Below, piece by piece: positions 1 through 9,968 of a DNA stretch of 64,000 bases. The position numbers and the translations under genes were made by a program. The stretch comes from an uncultured Acidobacteriota bacterium (GTDB lineage Bacteria > Acidobacteriota > Polarisedimenticolia > Polarisedimenticolales > DASRJG01): the NCBI GenBank assembly GCA_964383585.1, contig CAYLHQ010000004.1, positions 10,939 through 74,938 of the forward strand, written 5' to 3'. The notes under the pieces are model-generated. The model was not told the origin of the DNA and made no database searches. It was given only the letters and a program-made list of their open reading frames with translations. The number at the start of each line of letters is the position of its first letter. Position 1 is the stretch's first letter.

Positions 1-1
1 A

Positions 2-598
2 GAGCGCTCGGTGATCGTCGCCCCCGGCGACGGCGTCGTGCTGCGACGCCTCGTCGAGCCGGGGCAGGAGATCGCCTCGGGATCGGCGGCGCTCGTGTTC
101 GGCTCGGCGGCGGAGGGATGGGTCGTCCGCGCCGGTCTCTCCCAGTCCGACGCCGTGCGGGTAGAGGCGGGGGACGCGGCAGAGGTCGAGTTTCCCGGTC
201 AGGCGGCGCGGGTCGCCGCCTCGGTCACGCGCCTCCACCAGGCGGCCGACCCGGTCACGCGTACGACGACGGTCGAGCTCGAGCTTCGCGCCGTCCCCGA
301 CGGCGTGCGTTCCGGAGACGTCGGCACGGTGGCGATCCGTCGCGCGGCCGATCGCGCGCGGGTCTCGGTCCCGCTCTCGGCCCTCGTCGAGGGGACCGGA
401 AACGATGGTTGGGTCTTTCTCCTCGATCCGGTCTCCTCGACGGTCCGGCGAGCCGCGGTGCGCACCGCGGGGATCGCCGGCGATCGGGCGCTCCTCGACA
501 CGCCGCTCGCGCCGGATGTCCTCGTCGTCATCGTCGGCGCCGAGTACCTGCGCGACGGCGCTTCGGTTCGCGTCGTGCGGGGAGGAGGGACGCGGTGA
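2..598 (+). CDS. efflux RND periplasmic adaptor (membrane-fusion protein), C-terminal part; 5' end outside window
   Basis: The frame is open from the window edge. The sequence ...SVIVAPGDGVVLRRLVEPGQEI...RVEAGDAAEVEF... is typical of the HlyD/MFP beta-barrel and MP-proximal domains. The stop overlaps the next start (GTGA at 595-598). Confidence 0.7.
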   Translation, partial: ERSVIVAPGDGVVLRRLVEPGQEIASGSAALVFGSAAEGWVVRAGLSQSDAVRVEAGDAAEVEFPGQAARVAASVTRLHQAADPVTRTTTVELELRAVPDGVRSGDVGTVAIRRAADRARVSVPLSALVEGTGNDGWVFLLDPVSSTVRRAAVRTAGIAGDRALLDTPLAPDVLVVIVGAEYLRDGASVRVVRGGGTR

Positions 599-3500
599 GG
601 ATCGCGGAGTACGCCGTCCGCAACGGGTCTCTCACCCTCCTGGGCTCGATCCTCCTGGTCGCGGTCGGCGTCGGAGCCTGGATCGACATTCCGCGCGCCG
701 AGGACCCGTCGTTTCCGAACACGAATTTCACGGTGATCGCTGTCTACCCCGGCGCCACCCAAATCGATCTCGAGCAGCTCGTGGTCCGCCCGCTCGAGGA
801 CGCGGTCAAGGAGCTCGACGACCTGGAGACGATCGAGGCTTCGATCGAGGACGGGGTCGCCGTCCTGTCGATCGAGTTCGAAGCGTCTTCCGACGCCGAC
901 GAGAAGTTCGACGAAGTCCTGAGGCAGGTCAACGCGACTCGCGGCGACCTCCCCGCCGAGCTGACGAGCCTCGAGGTCGAGAAGTTCGACACGACGAACG
1001 TCGCGATCCTCCAGCTCGCCCTAGTCTCCGAGGAGGCCTCGTACCGGCGGCTTGACGACCTCGGCGAGGCGCTGCGGAAGCGCCTCGAGGCGGTGCCCGG
1101 GGTCAAGAACGCGAAGACCTGGGCCCTTCCCGAACGCCAGGTACGCGTCTCCCTCGACCTCGACCGGCTCGCCGCGCTCCGGATCCCCGTCGGCCGTGTG
1201 GTCGAGGCGATCCGCGGCGACAACGCGAGCCTCCCCGGCGGCGCGGTCGAACTCGGCCGCCGGCGTCTCAACCTCAAGACGAGCGGGAACTACGCCTCGA
1301 TCGAGGAGGTCGGTCGGACGCCCCTCGACGGGAACGGGGCCGCGGTCGTGAGCCTGCGAGACGTGGCGACCATCGCCTGGGACTACGAGGACCGGGAGTA
1401 CTTCGGCCGCTACGACGGAAAGCGCGCGATCTTCGTGACGGCGACCCAGAGGGAAGGCCAGAACATCTTCCGCGTCCGGGAAGCCCTCATGGCTCAGGTC
1501 GAGGCTTTTCGTGGGTCGCTCCCCGGCGACGTGACCCTCGAAGTCGGTTTCGACCAGTCGGTCAACGTCGCGCACCGCCTCGGCGCCCTCGAGCGCGACT
1601 TTCTGATCGCGATCGGGCTCGTCCTCGTGACGCTCCTCCCCCTCGGGTTACGCGCGTCGGGCCTCGTGATGGTCTCGATCCCGCTCTCCCTCGCGATCGG
1701 TCTGACCCTCCTCCATTACACCGGGTTCAGCCTGAACCAGTTGTCGATCGTCGGCTTCGTGATCGCCCTGGGCCTTCTCGTCGACGACTCGATCGTCGTC
1801 GTCGAGAACATCGCGCGGTTCCGGCGCCAGGGGGTGCCCCCCGTCGAAGCGGCGATCGGGGCGACGCGGCAGATCGGCGTCGCCGTCGTCGGGACGACCG
1901 CGACGATGCTCTTCGCGTTCCTCCCTCTGCTCGCCCTTCCGGAGACCCCGGGGCAGTACATCCGCTCGCTCCCGGTCACCGTCGTCTACACCGTCCTCGC
2001 CTCGATGGTCGTGGCGCTCACGATCGTTCCGTTTCTCGCGAGTCGCGTCCTCACGGGGAGAGAAGACCCGGAGGGAAACGTCTTTCTCCGGGGGATCGAG
2101 CGGGTCATCCACCGCACCTACCGGCCGCTCCTGCACCTCGCGATGCGGAGGCGCCTCGCGACCCTCGGCCTCGCCTTCGCCCTCCTCGCGGGGAGCCTGG
2201 CGCTCGTCCCCGCGATCGGCTTCAGCCTTTTCCCGAAGGCCGGAATGCCCCAGTTCCTCGTGCGGATCGAGGCCCCCGAGGGGACCTCGATCGGCGCCCT
2301 CGACGCGATCGCACGCGAGGCGGAGGGACGCGTCCTCGAAACTCCCGGGATTCGCTCCGTCATGACGAGCGTCGGCCGCGGAAACCCGCAGATCTACTAC
2401 AACGTCGTGCCGCGCAGCCGGAAGTCGAACGTCGCCGAGCTCTTCTGCTCCTTCGAGCGCTACGACTCCGAGGCGAGCCCGGCGGTCCTCCAGGGCCTTC
2501 GCGACCGGCTGGCGGACGTCGCGGGGGCGCGGATCCTCGTCAAGGAGTTCGAGAACGGGCCGCCCATCGAGGCCCCGATCGCCGTTCGTGTCCTCGGTGA
2601 GGACCTCGACGGTCTCGCCCGCGTCGCGGAGGAGGTTGCGGCGATCCTCCGCGACACGCCCGGGACCGCCGACGTCGACAACCCGCTACGCGTGCGCAAG
2701 ACCGACCTGCGGCTCCGGATCGACCGCGACGCGGCGGCGCTTCTCGGCGTCCCCCTCGTCGAGATCGACCGCATGTCCCGCCTCGCGGTGGCCGGGCTCG
2801 TGGTTTCGAGGTTCCGCGAATCGGACGGCGACGAGTACGACATCCGACTGACGGTCCCGCACGGGGAACGGGCCGACCTCTCGGGATTCCGCGCGCTGCA
2901 GGTTCCCGCGGTGACCGGCGCCTACGTCCCCATCCGCCAGGTCGCCGCGCTCGAGTTCGAATCGACCCCGGTGAAGATCGAGCGTCGCGACCGCGAGCGT
3001 GCGGTGACCGTGACCGCGGAGGTCGAGCCCGGCTACAACACCGACGCGTTGACCCGGCAGGTGCGGGACGCCGTCGATGCGAGGGGACTCCCCGCCGGGT
3101 TCCGCTACGAATTGGCCGGGGAGTACGAAAGCCGCGCCGAGAGTTTCGGCGGGCTCGGCACCGCGATCCTCGTGGCCTTCTTCGGCATCTTCGGGATCCT
3201 CGTCGCCGAGTTCAAGAGCTTCCGCGGCACGCTCATCGTCGCCTCGGTGATCCCGCTCGGCGTGATCGGCGGCCTCGTGGGTCTCTTCCTCGCGGGGTAC
3301 ACCCTCTCGTTCACCGCGATGATCGGTTTCGTCGCCCTGATCGGGATCGAGATCAAGAACTCGATCCTCCTCGTTGACTTCACGAACCAGCTTCGGGAAC
3401 AGGGGGTTCCCCTCGACGAGGCGATCGAGCGGGCGGGGGAGGTCCGCTTCCTCCCGGTCGTGCTCACGACCCTCACCGCGGTCGGCGCGCTGATCCCGCT

Positions 3501-3642
3501 CGTCCTCGAGGGTTCGTCGCTCTACTCGCCCCTCGCCCTCGTGATCCTCGGGGGGTTGGTCAGCTCGCTTCTCCTCTCCCGACTGGTCACGCCGGTGATG
3601 TACAGCTTGATTCCGCCGCCGGGGGGAGAGTCGCGCGTGTGA
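595..3642 (+). CDS. RND efflux transporter permease (AcrB/HAE1-like), about 1015 aa
   Basis: GTG at 595 is in frame with track ORF 118-3642. From here the sequence is typical AcrB (RIAEYAVRNGSLTLLGSILLVAVGVGAWIDIPRAEDPSFP..., 12-TM layout, two large periplasmic loops). The Arg-rich upstream 159 codons look like non-coding shadow. Confidence 0.9.
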   Translation: MRIAEYAVRNGSLTLLGSILLVAVGVGAWIDIPRAEDPSFPNTNFTVIAVYPGATQIDLEQLVVRPLEDAVKELDDLETIEASIEDGVAVLSIEFEASSDADEKFDEVLRQVNATRGDLPAELTSLEVEKFDTTNVAILQLALVSEEASYRRLDDLGEALRKRLEAVPGVKNAKTWALPERQVRVSLDLDRLAALRIPVGRVVEAIRGDNASLPGGAVELGRRRLNLKTSGNYASIEEVGRTPLDGNGAAVVSLRDVATIAWDYEDREYFGRYDGKRAIFVTATQREGQNIFRVREALMAQVEAFRGSLPGDVTLEVGFDQSVNVAHRLGALERDFLIAIGLVLVTLLPLGLRASGLVMVSIPLSLAIGLTLLHYTGFSLNQLSIVGFVIALGLLVDDSIVVVENIARFRRQGVPPVEAAIGATRQIGVAVVGTTATMLFAFLPLLALPETPGQYIRSLPVTVVYTVLASMVVALTIVPFLASRVLTGREDPEGNVFLRGIERVIHRTYRPLLHLAMRRRLATLGLAFALLAGSLALVPAIGFSLFPKAGMPQFLVRIEAPEGTSIGALDAIAREAEGRVLETPGIRSVMTSVGRGNPQIYYNVVPRSRKSNVAELFCSFERYDSEASPAVLQGLRDRLADVAGARILVKEFENGPPIEAPIAVRVLGEDLDGLARVAEEVAAILRDTPGTADVDNPLRVRKTDLRLRIDRDAAALLGVPLVEIDRMSRLAVAGLVVSRFRESDGDEYDIRLTVPHGERADLSGFRALQVPAVTGAYVPIRQVAALEFESTPVKIERRDRERAVTVTAEVEPGYNTDALTRQVRDAVDARGLPAGFRYELAGEYESRAESFGGLGTAILVAFFGIFGILVAEFKSFRGTLIVASVIPLGVIGGLVGLFLAGYTLSFTAMIGFVALIGIEIKNSILLVDFTNQLREQGVPLDEAIERAGEVRFLPVVLTTLTAVGALIPLVLEGSSLYSPLALVILGGLVSSLLLSRLVTPVMYSLIPPPGGESRV

Positions 3643-3814
3643 GCGGTGTCACCCCTTCCCCGCGATCCCGTGCCCGTGGAGCCGGGCGTCCGACGGAGAA
3701 TGTTCCACGGCGTCCACCACGTTCGGGGCCCCTCGCGCCCGTTCGGCTTGGCCTGAAGGGCGGGGGGCGACTGGGATGCCGTCGGCCGCGAAAGCGTGCT
3801 AGGTTCCCTTCCCG

Positions 3815-4198
3815 ATGAGAACGGTGAACGACGAGAACCGGATCTCCCTCGACATGCGCCACCGGGCTTCCGTCGCCCGTTTGCGCGAAATCTGCCGCGC
3901 CCGGGAGGTCCTCCTGGACTTCCTGAACGGAGCCAACCAGTACCGATCGACCGAGGCGGACCTCCGGCGCTACTTCGATGCCTTCGCCGTTGCCGCCGCG
4001 AACGAGCGCGTGAGATCTTCCTCGTTGCACCGGTGCCGTACGGCGGCGCCCGCGCGCGCGTTCGCGGGCGGGCACATTTGACCCTGGAAATCGTGCTGCG
4101 ACGACGGCCTGAGGATCGAGTTCCTCGCGGCGCTCAAGAAGCAGGTCGAGCCGATGAACCTCTTCCGGCTGAACAGCAACGTGGCGCCGGCGGCTTGA
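3815..4198 (+). pseudogene. hypothetical protein frame interrupted by in-frame TGA at 4079-4081
   Basis: Track ORF 3815-4081 continues in the same frame to TGA 4196-4198. GC3 stays high and the sequence stays protein-like (PWKSCCDDGLRIEFLAALKKQVEPMNLFRLNSNVAPAA) after the stop. Confidence 0.35.
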
Positions 4199-4220
4199 CG
4201 AGCGGCGAGGGGGGCGCGGT

Positions 4221-5312
4221 TCACCTCGCCCCCCTCGACTCGCGTAGCGAGGCCATGTCGATCACGAAGCGGTACTTCACGTCCCCCCGGAGCATTCGCT
4301 CGTAGGCTGCGTTGATCGACTGGATCGGGATCACCTCGACGTCCGCGGTGATCCCGTGCTCCGCGCAGAAATCGAGCATCTCCTGAGTCTCGCGGATGCC
4401 GCCGATCAGGGAGCCCGCGAGCCGCTTGCGGCCGAAGATGAGGTCGATCGCTCCGACCGGCAGGGGATCGTCCGGGGCGCCGACGAGGGCCATCGTCCCG
4501 TTCCGCCCGAGGAGGGCGAGGTACGGGTTCGGGTCGTAGCGCGCCGAGACCGTGCCGAGGATGAAGTCGAAACTCCCCAGGTGCTTCTGCATTGCCTCGG
4601 TGTTCGTCGAGATCACGGCCTCGTGGGCGCCCAGCCGGATCGCGTCGTCGACCTTGCCCGGGGAGGTCGTGAAGACCACCACCCGCGCTCCGAAGGCGGC
4701 CGCGAACTTGACCGCCATGTGGCCGAGCCCTCCGAGCCCCACGACCCCGACCTTCTGCCCCGCGCGGACGTTCCAGTACCGGAGCGGCGAATAGGTCGTG
4801 ATTCCCGCGCACAGGAGCGGCGCGACCCCCGCGAGGTCCGGTCGATCCGAGACCCGGAGCACGAACCCCTCGTCGACGACCACGCTCTCGGAGTACCCCT
4901 CGAAGGTCGTGCCGCCGAGGTGGAGGTCCGCGGAGTTGTAGGTGAACGTCGCCGGACCCGCGCAGAACTGCTCCTCCCCGTCCCGGCACGCGGGGCAGGC
5001 GCGGCAGGAGTCGACGAGGCAGCCGACGGCCGCGAGGTCGCCTTCCTTGAATCCACGGACGGCGCTTCCCACGCCCGTCACGCGGCCGACGATCTCGTGG
5101 CCGGGGACGCACGGGTAGGTGGTCGGCATGTGGGCCGCCCACTCGTTGCGCACCTGGTGGAGGTCGGAGTGACAGACCCCGCAGAACAGGATTTCGATCC
5201 GGATGTCCTGCGGGCGTGGCGCGCGCCGCCGGATGGTCGTCTGCTCGAGCGGGGATCGGGCGTCTCGGGCGGCGTACGCTCTCACCGAATTCGGGGCGGT
5301 CGCCGTGTTCAT
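4221..5312 (-). CDS. zinc-dependent NAD(P) alcohol dehydrogenase (YahK/cinnamyl-ADH-like)
   Basis: Carries GVCHSDLH, GHEIVG, a structural-Zn Cys cluster CRACPACRDGEEQFC, and the Rossmann motif GVVGLGGLGH. The start was chosen at MNTATAP (ATG 5312), 6 nt after GGAGG; ATG 5318 is also possible. Confidence 0.9.
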   Translation of the reverse strand: MNTATAPNSVRAYAARDARSPLEQTTIRRRAPRPQDIRIEILFCGVCHSDLHQVRNEWAAHMPTTYPCVPGHEIVGRVTGVGSAVRGFKEGDLAAVGCLVDSCRACPACRDGEEQFCAGPATFTYNSADLHLGGTTFEGYSESVVVDEGFVLRVSDRPDLAGVAPLLCAGITTYSPLRYWNVRAGQKVGVVGLGGLGHMAVKFAAAFGARVVVFTTSPGKVDDAIRLGAHEAVISTNTEAMQKHLGSFDFILGTVSARYDPNPYLALLGRNGTMALVGAPDDPLPVGAIDLIFGRKRLAGSLIGGIRETQEMLDFCAEHGITADVEVIPIQSINAAYERMLRGDVKYRFVIDMASLRESRGAR

Positions 5313-5343
5313 CGTCATCCTCCGTTCGGGGGCGTCTGCCCGG

Positions 5344-6534
5344 TCAGAGGCCGCGAAGGGCGACGGCGACCTCGGTCCGCGCCGCGCGGATCGCCGGAAA
5401 GAGTCCGCCAACGAAGCCCATCACGAGGGCGTAGGCGATCCCTCCCGCCAAGAGGGAGGGAGTGACCGTCAGCCGGAAGGCGACCTGGCTGAACGTCTGC
5501 CAGTTGATCGTGGCGGTCTGGTACCCGTTCACGGTGAGCCAGGCGAGGCCCCCCCCGAGGAGCCCGCCGATGACGGCGAGGAGGAGCGACTCGACCAGCA
5601 CCGAAAGGACCACCGGCCCGGCCTGGAACCCGAGGGCGCGCAGGGTCGCGATCTCCTTCCGGCGGGAGGCGACCGCGTTGTACATCGTGTTGAGCGCACC
5701 GAAGGTGGCCCCGACCGCCATGAGCAGCGCGATCAGGTTCCCGAGCACGCCGATCAGCGTGCGGAGCGCGGTCGACTGGGAGGCGTACCACTCGCGCTCG
5801 CGGTGCACGTCGACGTCGAGCCTCGGGTCGGAGGTCAGCGCGTCCTTGAAGGACTGGAACCTCTCCGCCGACTCGAGCCGGACGAAGACCGACTGGAAGG
5901 TGTTGCCGCGGCGGTACGCCGGCTGGACGACCCGGGCGTCCGCCCAGATCTCCGACTCGAAGAGCGAGCCGTTCGCGTCGAATATCCCGACGACCTCCCA
6001 CTCGTTCTCGCCCCAGCGGAGCCGGTTCCCGAGATCGAGTCCCGCGAACTGACTGGACGCTGCCCGCCCGGCGATCACCTCGTTGCGTCCCTCGACGAAC
6101 CGCCTTCCCTCGACGATCCGCACGTCTCCCCGGACGTCGAAGGCGGCGGCTTCCACCCCCCGCAACGGAACGTTGGCGTCGGTGCCCGAGGCGCGGTACG
6201 GCACGTCAACGATCACGAAGAGCTCGGCGGAGGCGACCGGGGCGCCGTCGCGGCGGAGGATGCCCGGCGCGTCCTTCACGATCTTCGCTTGCTCGAGATC
6301 GAATCCGCTCGACATCTCGCTGTCGCTGCCGCCGCGAAGGACGATCGCCACGTCGTCCCGCCCCCCGCTTTCCATCACGTGGCGGAACCCCTCCGCGATC
6401 GAGAGGACGGCGACGAACACGGCGACGACCCCGGCGAACCCGAAGACGGCGACCGCCGACGCGCCGAACCGCTGCGGGAGGCTCCGCAGGTTGAGAAGGC
6501 TCACGACCGCCGTCTGGAAGAGCCAGCGTGTCAT
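5344..6534 (-). CDS. ABC exporter permease, FtsX/MacB-type
   Basis: N-terminal TM helix, large periplasmic domain, and a C-terminal FtsX 3-TM bundle (RRKEIATLRALGF...). The ATG at 6534 overlaps the upstream stop (ATGA). Confidence 0.85.
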   Translation of the reverse strand: MTRWLFQTAVVSLLNLRSLPQRFGASAVAVFGFAGVVAVFVAVLSIAEGFRHVMESGGRDDVAIVLRGGSDSEMSSGFDLEQAKIVKDAPGILRRDGAPVASAELFVIVDVPYRASGTDANVPLRGVEAAAFDVRGDVRIVEGRRFVEGRNEVIAGRAASSQFAGLDLGNRLRWGENEWEVVGIFDANGSLFESEIWADARVVQPAYRRGNTFQSVFVRLESAERFQSFKDALTSDPRLDVDVHREREWYASQSTALRTLIGVLGNLIALLMAVGATFGALNTMYNAVASRRKEIATLRALGFQAGPVVLSVLVESLLLAVIGGLLGGGLAWLTVNGYQTATINWQTFSQVAFRLTVTPSLLAGGIAYALVMGFVGGLFPAIRAARTEVAVALRGL

Positions 6535-7691
6535 CAGGTCCTCCGGAGCGCGTCGACGATCCGGAGGCGCATCGCGTTCCACGCCGGAATCGCGCCCGAA
6601 ACGGCCCCCAGGGCCGCCGCGAGGGCGAGCCCCGTCACGATCGTCGCGCGGGGCACGTAAAAGACCGGGAGGAACATCTCGACGAGGGGGTAGATCTTCG
6701 GCGCCGCGAGCCAGATCAGGGCGAGACCGGTCGCACCGCCCGTCACCGCCAGGAGCAGCGACTCGGCCATCACCATGGTCAGGACGCCCCCGTCGGTGAA
6801 GCCGAGGGTCTTGAGCACCCCGAGTTCGCTCGTCCGCTCGCGGACGGCCTGGGCCATCGTGTTCCCGGCGATCAGGAGGATCACGAAGAAGACGATCGCG
6901 GAGATCGCGGAGAGGATCGCTCCCGTGTCCCCGATCTGTTTGGCGAAGCTCTGCATGAACGCCTTCTCGGTCGTCGTCTTGGTCTCGTTCGGGGAGTTGG
7001 CGAAACGCGCGTCGATCGCCCTCGCGACCTCCACCGCCCGCTCCGGATCCTCGACCTCGACGACGTACCAACCGACCAGCCCGAGGTCGCCCATCCGCTC
7101 CATCAGGTACTTGTGGTGGAAGAAGAACTGGGTCTCGTCGACGTCCGGCCGATCTCCCGTGTAGATCCCGACGAGGTCGAACCGGAACTCCGCCGGACCG
7201 CCGTCCTGCGGCCGCCAGAACGTCGGCACGATCGGAATCGTGTCTCCGACCTTCCAACCGAAACGGGCCGCGAGCTTGCGTCCCGCGATCGCCCCGGAAC
7301 GCGTCCTCTCGAACGCCTCGCGCCGGTCGGCGGGGAGCAGGAACTCGGGGTAGATGTCGAGGTAGGGGCCGGGGACGACGGCGATCTGCGGAAAGAAGTT
7401 CTTGGGGTCCTTGTAAATCCCCCCGAACCAGGTTGCGTGCGTGGCTCTCGCCACCCCGGGAGTCCGTTCGATCTCGAGCAGGTAGCGCTCGGGGAGGAGC
7501 TGGATGATCGAGACCTTGTCGATCGTCAGGAGCCGGTTCTGCCCGGCGATCTGGATCCCCGCGTCGAAGCCGTTGCGCACGGCCATCAGGAGGCCGAAGA
7601 GGAAGAAGGCGACGACGATCGACAGGAAGGTGAACGTCGTCCGGACCTTCTTCCGGGTCAGGTTCCGCCAGAGCAGATGCAAGTATTTCAT
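6534..7691 (-). CDS. ABC exporter permease, FtsX/MacB-type (second copy)
   Basis: [33 protein letters not shown]... with C-terminal [15 protein letters not shown]. The start was chosen at 7691, just below the ATPase stop at 7702. Confidence 0.85.
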   Translation of the reverse strand: MKYLHLLWRNLTRKKVRTTFTFLSIVVAFFLFGLLMAVRNGFDAGIQIAGQNRLLTIDKVSIIQLLPERYLLEIERTPGVARATHATWFGGIYKDPKNFFPQIAVVPGPYLDIYPEFLLPADRREAFERTRSGAIAGRKLAARFGWKVGDTIPIVPTFWRPQDGGPAEFRFDLVGIYTGDRPDVDETQFFFHHKYLMERMGDLGLVGWYVVEVEDPERAVEVARAIDARFANSPNETKTTTEKAFMQSFAKQIGDTGAILSAISAIVFFVILLIAGNTMAQAVRERTSELGVLKTLGFTDGGVLTMVMAESLLLAVTGGATGLALIWLAAPKIYPLVEMFLPVFYVPRATIVTGLALAAALGAVSGAIPAWNAMRLRIVDALRRT

Positions 7692-7701
7692 CGCGCGCGC
7701 C

Positions 7702-8391
7702 TCAGGCTGTCGCCTGCTCGACCAGGACACCCTTGTCGAGGTGGAGCGTGCGCTTCGCGCGTTCGGCGGCCATCGGGTCGTGCGTGACCATGACGACCGT
7801 CTTGTCGTGTCGCTCGTTGAGCGCGACGAGCAGATCCAGAATCTCGCTCGCCGTCTTCCGGTCGAGGTCCCCGGTCGGTTCGTCGCACAGAAGGAGCGAC
7901 GGGTCGTTCACGATCGCCCGCGCGATCCCGACGCGCTGCTCCTGTCCGCCCGAGAGCTGCCGCGGGTAGTGGCGGGCGCGGTCGGTGAGGCCGACGAGCT
8001 CGAGGGCGGTGCGGACGTGCCTTCGCCTTTCGCTCCGCGACAGGCCCGTCAGGAGGAGCGGCAGCTCGACGTTTCGCTCCGCGGTCAGGACGGGGAGGAG
8101 GTTGTAGAACTGGAACACGAACCCGACGTGACGCGACCGGAAGCGCGCGAGGGCCGCGCCGTTCGCGCGTCCGATGTCGGTTCCGTCGACGACGACCTGC
8201 CCCTGGGTCGGCCTGTCGAGCCCTCCGAGGAGATTGAGGAGGGTCGTCTTCCCGGACCCCGACGGTCCCATGAGCGCGAGAAAATCGCCGCGCGGGACGT
8301 CGAGGTCGAGCCCGGCGAGGACGTCGATCCGCTCCGAGCCGCGACGGTAGACCTTGTGCACGCCCTTCACCCGGACGAGCGGTTCACTCAT
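7702..8391 (-). CDS. ABC transporter ATP-binding protein (MacB/LolD-type)
   Basis: Walker [11 protein letters not shown]-loop, signature LSGGQQ-like LSGGQEQR, Walker B LLLCDEPT, and H-loop VTHD. Confidence 0.95.
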   Translation of the reverse strand: MSEPLVRVKGVHKVYRRGSERIDVLAGLDLDVPRGDFLALMGPSGSGKTTLLNLLGGLDRPTQGQVVVDGTDIGRANGAALARFRSRHVGFVFQFYNLLPVLTAERNVELPLLLTGLSRSERRRHVRTALELVGLTDRARHYPRQLSGGQEQRVGIARAIVNDPSLLLCDEPTGDLDRKTASEILDLLVALNERHDKTVVMVTHDPMAAERAKRTLHLDKGVLVEQATA

Positions 8392-9623
8392 GGCTTCTCC
8401 CGGACCTCGATACGGGCTCCGTCCGTCAGCTCGGCGGGAGGATCGATCACCACCCGGTCCCCGGCCCGCACGCCCGAAGCGATCGCCCGGCCCCCCGGGG
8501 CCGTCCCGCCGACCGACACCGCCCTCCTTTCGACGGTCTCGCCGTTCACCACGTAGACGTACGTCCGCTCTCCGTCGGACTTCAGGGCCGCTTCGGGGAC
8601 GACGAGGACGGGCTTCGAACCGGTCCCGGAGGGGCCGTCTTCCTCCGCGCGGAAGGAGACCTTCACTCCCATGTCCGGGAGGATCCGCGGGTCGCCGCGC
8701 TCGTCGAAGGCGATGCGGACGCGGACCGTCGCCTTCTGCCGGTCCGCGGCGGGAATCGTCGTGATGACGCTCGCCGGGATCTTCCAGTCGGGGTAGGCGT
8801 CGAGGGTCGCCACGACCCTCTGGCCCGGCTCGACCCGGTGGATGAACGCCTCGTTCACGTCGACCTCGATCTCGAGCGACGCCATGTCGACGATCGTGCT
8901 CACTCCGGTTCGAGTGAAGCTCCCTCCGGCCGACATCGGCGAGATCATCTCGCCGGGCTGCGCGTTCTTCGAGATCGCGACGCCGTCGAACGGCGCGCGG
9001 ACGAGGTGGTCCTCGATCTGTTGCCGGTAGAGGGCGATCTCGCGCTCGGCGACCTCCACGTCGTCCTGGGCGGATTCGAGCCGGGCGACGAGGGAGTCGT
9101 ACTCGGCCTGGGCGAGGTCGAGGTCGCGCCGGCTCGCCACCGCCGAGGCCGCGAGTTCTTGTTGGCGCCCGAGCTCGAGCGCCGCCTCATCCCGCCGGAC
9201 CTCGATCTCCGTGAGACGACTCTTCGCGGCGTCCCGATTCGCCTCGGCCAGGGCGAGCTGCCGCCGGGTCATCGAATCGTCGAGGCGCGCGAGGACCTGA
9301 CCTTCGCGGACCGCCATGCCCTCTTCGACCAGCACTTCTTCGATCTTCCCCGTGATCTTCGAGGAGACCGTCGCCTGCCGGCGCGCGGTCACGTACCCCG
9401 AAGCGTCGAGGACGGAAACCGCGACACGGCCGGCCTCGGCCTGCCGTACCTCGACGACCGCGACGGGGATCGCGGGGTCGCGGAGGAGGAACCACCACCA
9501 GGCCGCGGCGACGGCGGCCACGGCGATCGCGGCGAGCGCGATTCTCCGGGTCCAAGGGCTCCGCTCGTCCGCGCCGTCCCGGTCGATCCGGAGATCGGCG
9601 AGGCGCCCCTTCGGGTCGGTCAT
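8388..9623 (-). CDS. HlyD-family periplasmic adaptor of the ABC exporter
   Basis: MTDPKGRLADLRIDRD..., a TM anchor AAIAVAAVAAAWWWFLL, a coiled-coil hairpin and a beta-barrel. The stop overlaps the ATPase start (ATGA at 8388-8391). The start was chosen at ATG 9623. Confidence 0.85.
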   Translation of the reverse strand: MTDPKGRLADLRIDRDGADERSPWTRRIALAAIAVAAVAAAWWWFLLRDPAIPVAVVEVRQAEAGRVAVSVLDASGYVTARRQATVSSKITGKIEEVLVEEGMAVREGQVLARLDDSMTRRQLALAEANRDAAKSRLTEIEVRRDEAALELGRQQELAASAVASRRDLDLAQAEYDSLVARLESAQDDVEVAEREIALYRQQIEDHLVRAPFDGVAISKNAQPGEMISPMSAGGSFTRTGVSTIVDMASLEIEVDVNEAFIHRVEPGQRVVATLDAYPDWKIPASVITTIPAADRQKATVRVRIAFDERGDPRILPDMGVKVSFRAEEDGPSGTGSKPVLVVPEAALKSDGERTYVYVVNGETVERRAVSVGGTAPGGRAIASGVRAGDRVVIDPPAELTDGARIEVREKP

Positions 9624-9690
9624 GGGTCCTCCGTGACGTGGGAAGCGGCGGTAGTCTAACAAAGGGATTCCATCGGCCCCCGATGGCGGA

Positions 9691-9730
9691 TTGCGTCCAC
9701 TGCATGCACCGCCTATATTCTGTGCATGCA
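9691..9730 (+). promoter_or_regulatory. candidate vapBC promoter/operator
   Basis: TTGCGT (9691-9696), a 17-nt spacer, then TATATT (9714-9719). The vapB ATG at 9726 leaves essentially no leader. The palindrome TGCATGCA occurs twice (9701-9708 and 9723-9730). Confidence 0.4.
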
Positions 9731-9968
9731 ATACACGATTCGCGACGTTCCGCCCCATCTCGACGTCGAACTCCGGGAGCGCGCCCGGCGGGAGGGGAAG
9801 AGCCTGAACCGGGTCGCCCTCGAGGCTCTGGCCGCGGGTCTCGGTCTTGCGGAGACGACGGCTCCGCGAAGGTCGCTCGACGACGTGGCGGGCACCTGGA
9901 AGAAGGACGCCGCCGTCGAGAGGGCGCTCGCCGATCAGGACCGCATCGACCCGACGATGTGGGAATGA
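9726..9968 (+). CDS. vapB: VapB-type antitoxin (ribbon-helix-helix/Arc-like)
   Basis: 80 aa, MQYTIRDVPPHLDVELRERARREGKSLNRVALEAL (RHH N-terminus). ATGA overlap with the PIN toxin gene. Confidence 0.75.
   Translation: MQYTIRDVPPHLDVELRERARREGKSLNRVALEALAAGLGLAETTAPRRSLDDVAGTWKKDAAVERALADQDRIDPTMWE

Noticed and set aside
118-594. N-terminal 159-codon extension of the RND pump ORF; similar extensions occur at 9847-10413, 5344-7257, 8388-9758 and 52407-52553
   Set aside because: The extensions are Arg-rich, overlap the preceding gene, and lack RBSs. Internal starts with SD and/or 4-nt overlap give proteins of canonical length.
4082-4140. Possible SECIS-like hairpin after the first in-frame TGA (GGAAATCG ... 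CGAGTTCC)
   Set aside because: There are only 7 pairs with an internal mismatch and a 23-nt loop. The spacing and apical-loop features expected for bacterial SECIS are not evident. The other two TGA sites show nothing comparable.
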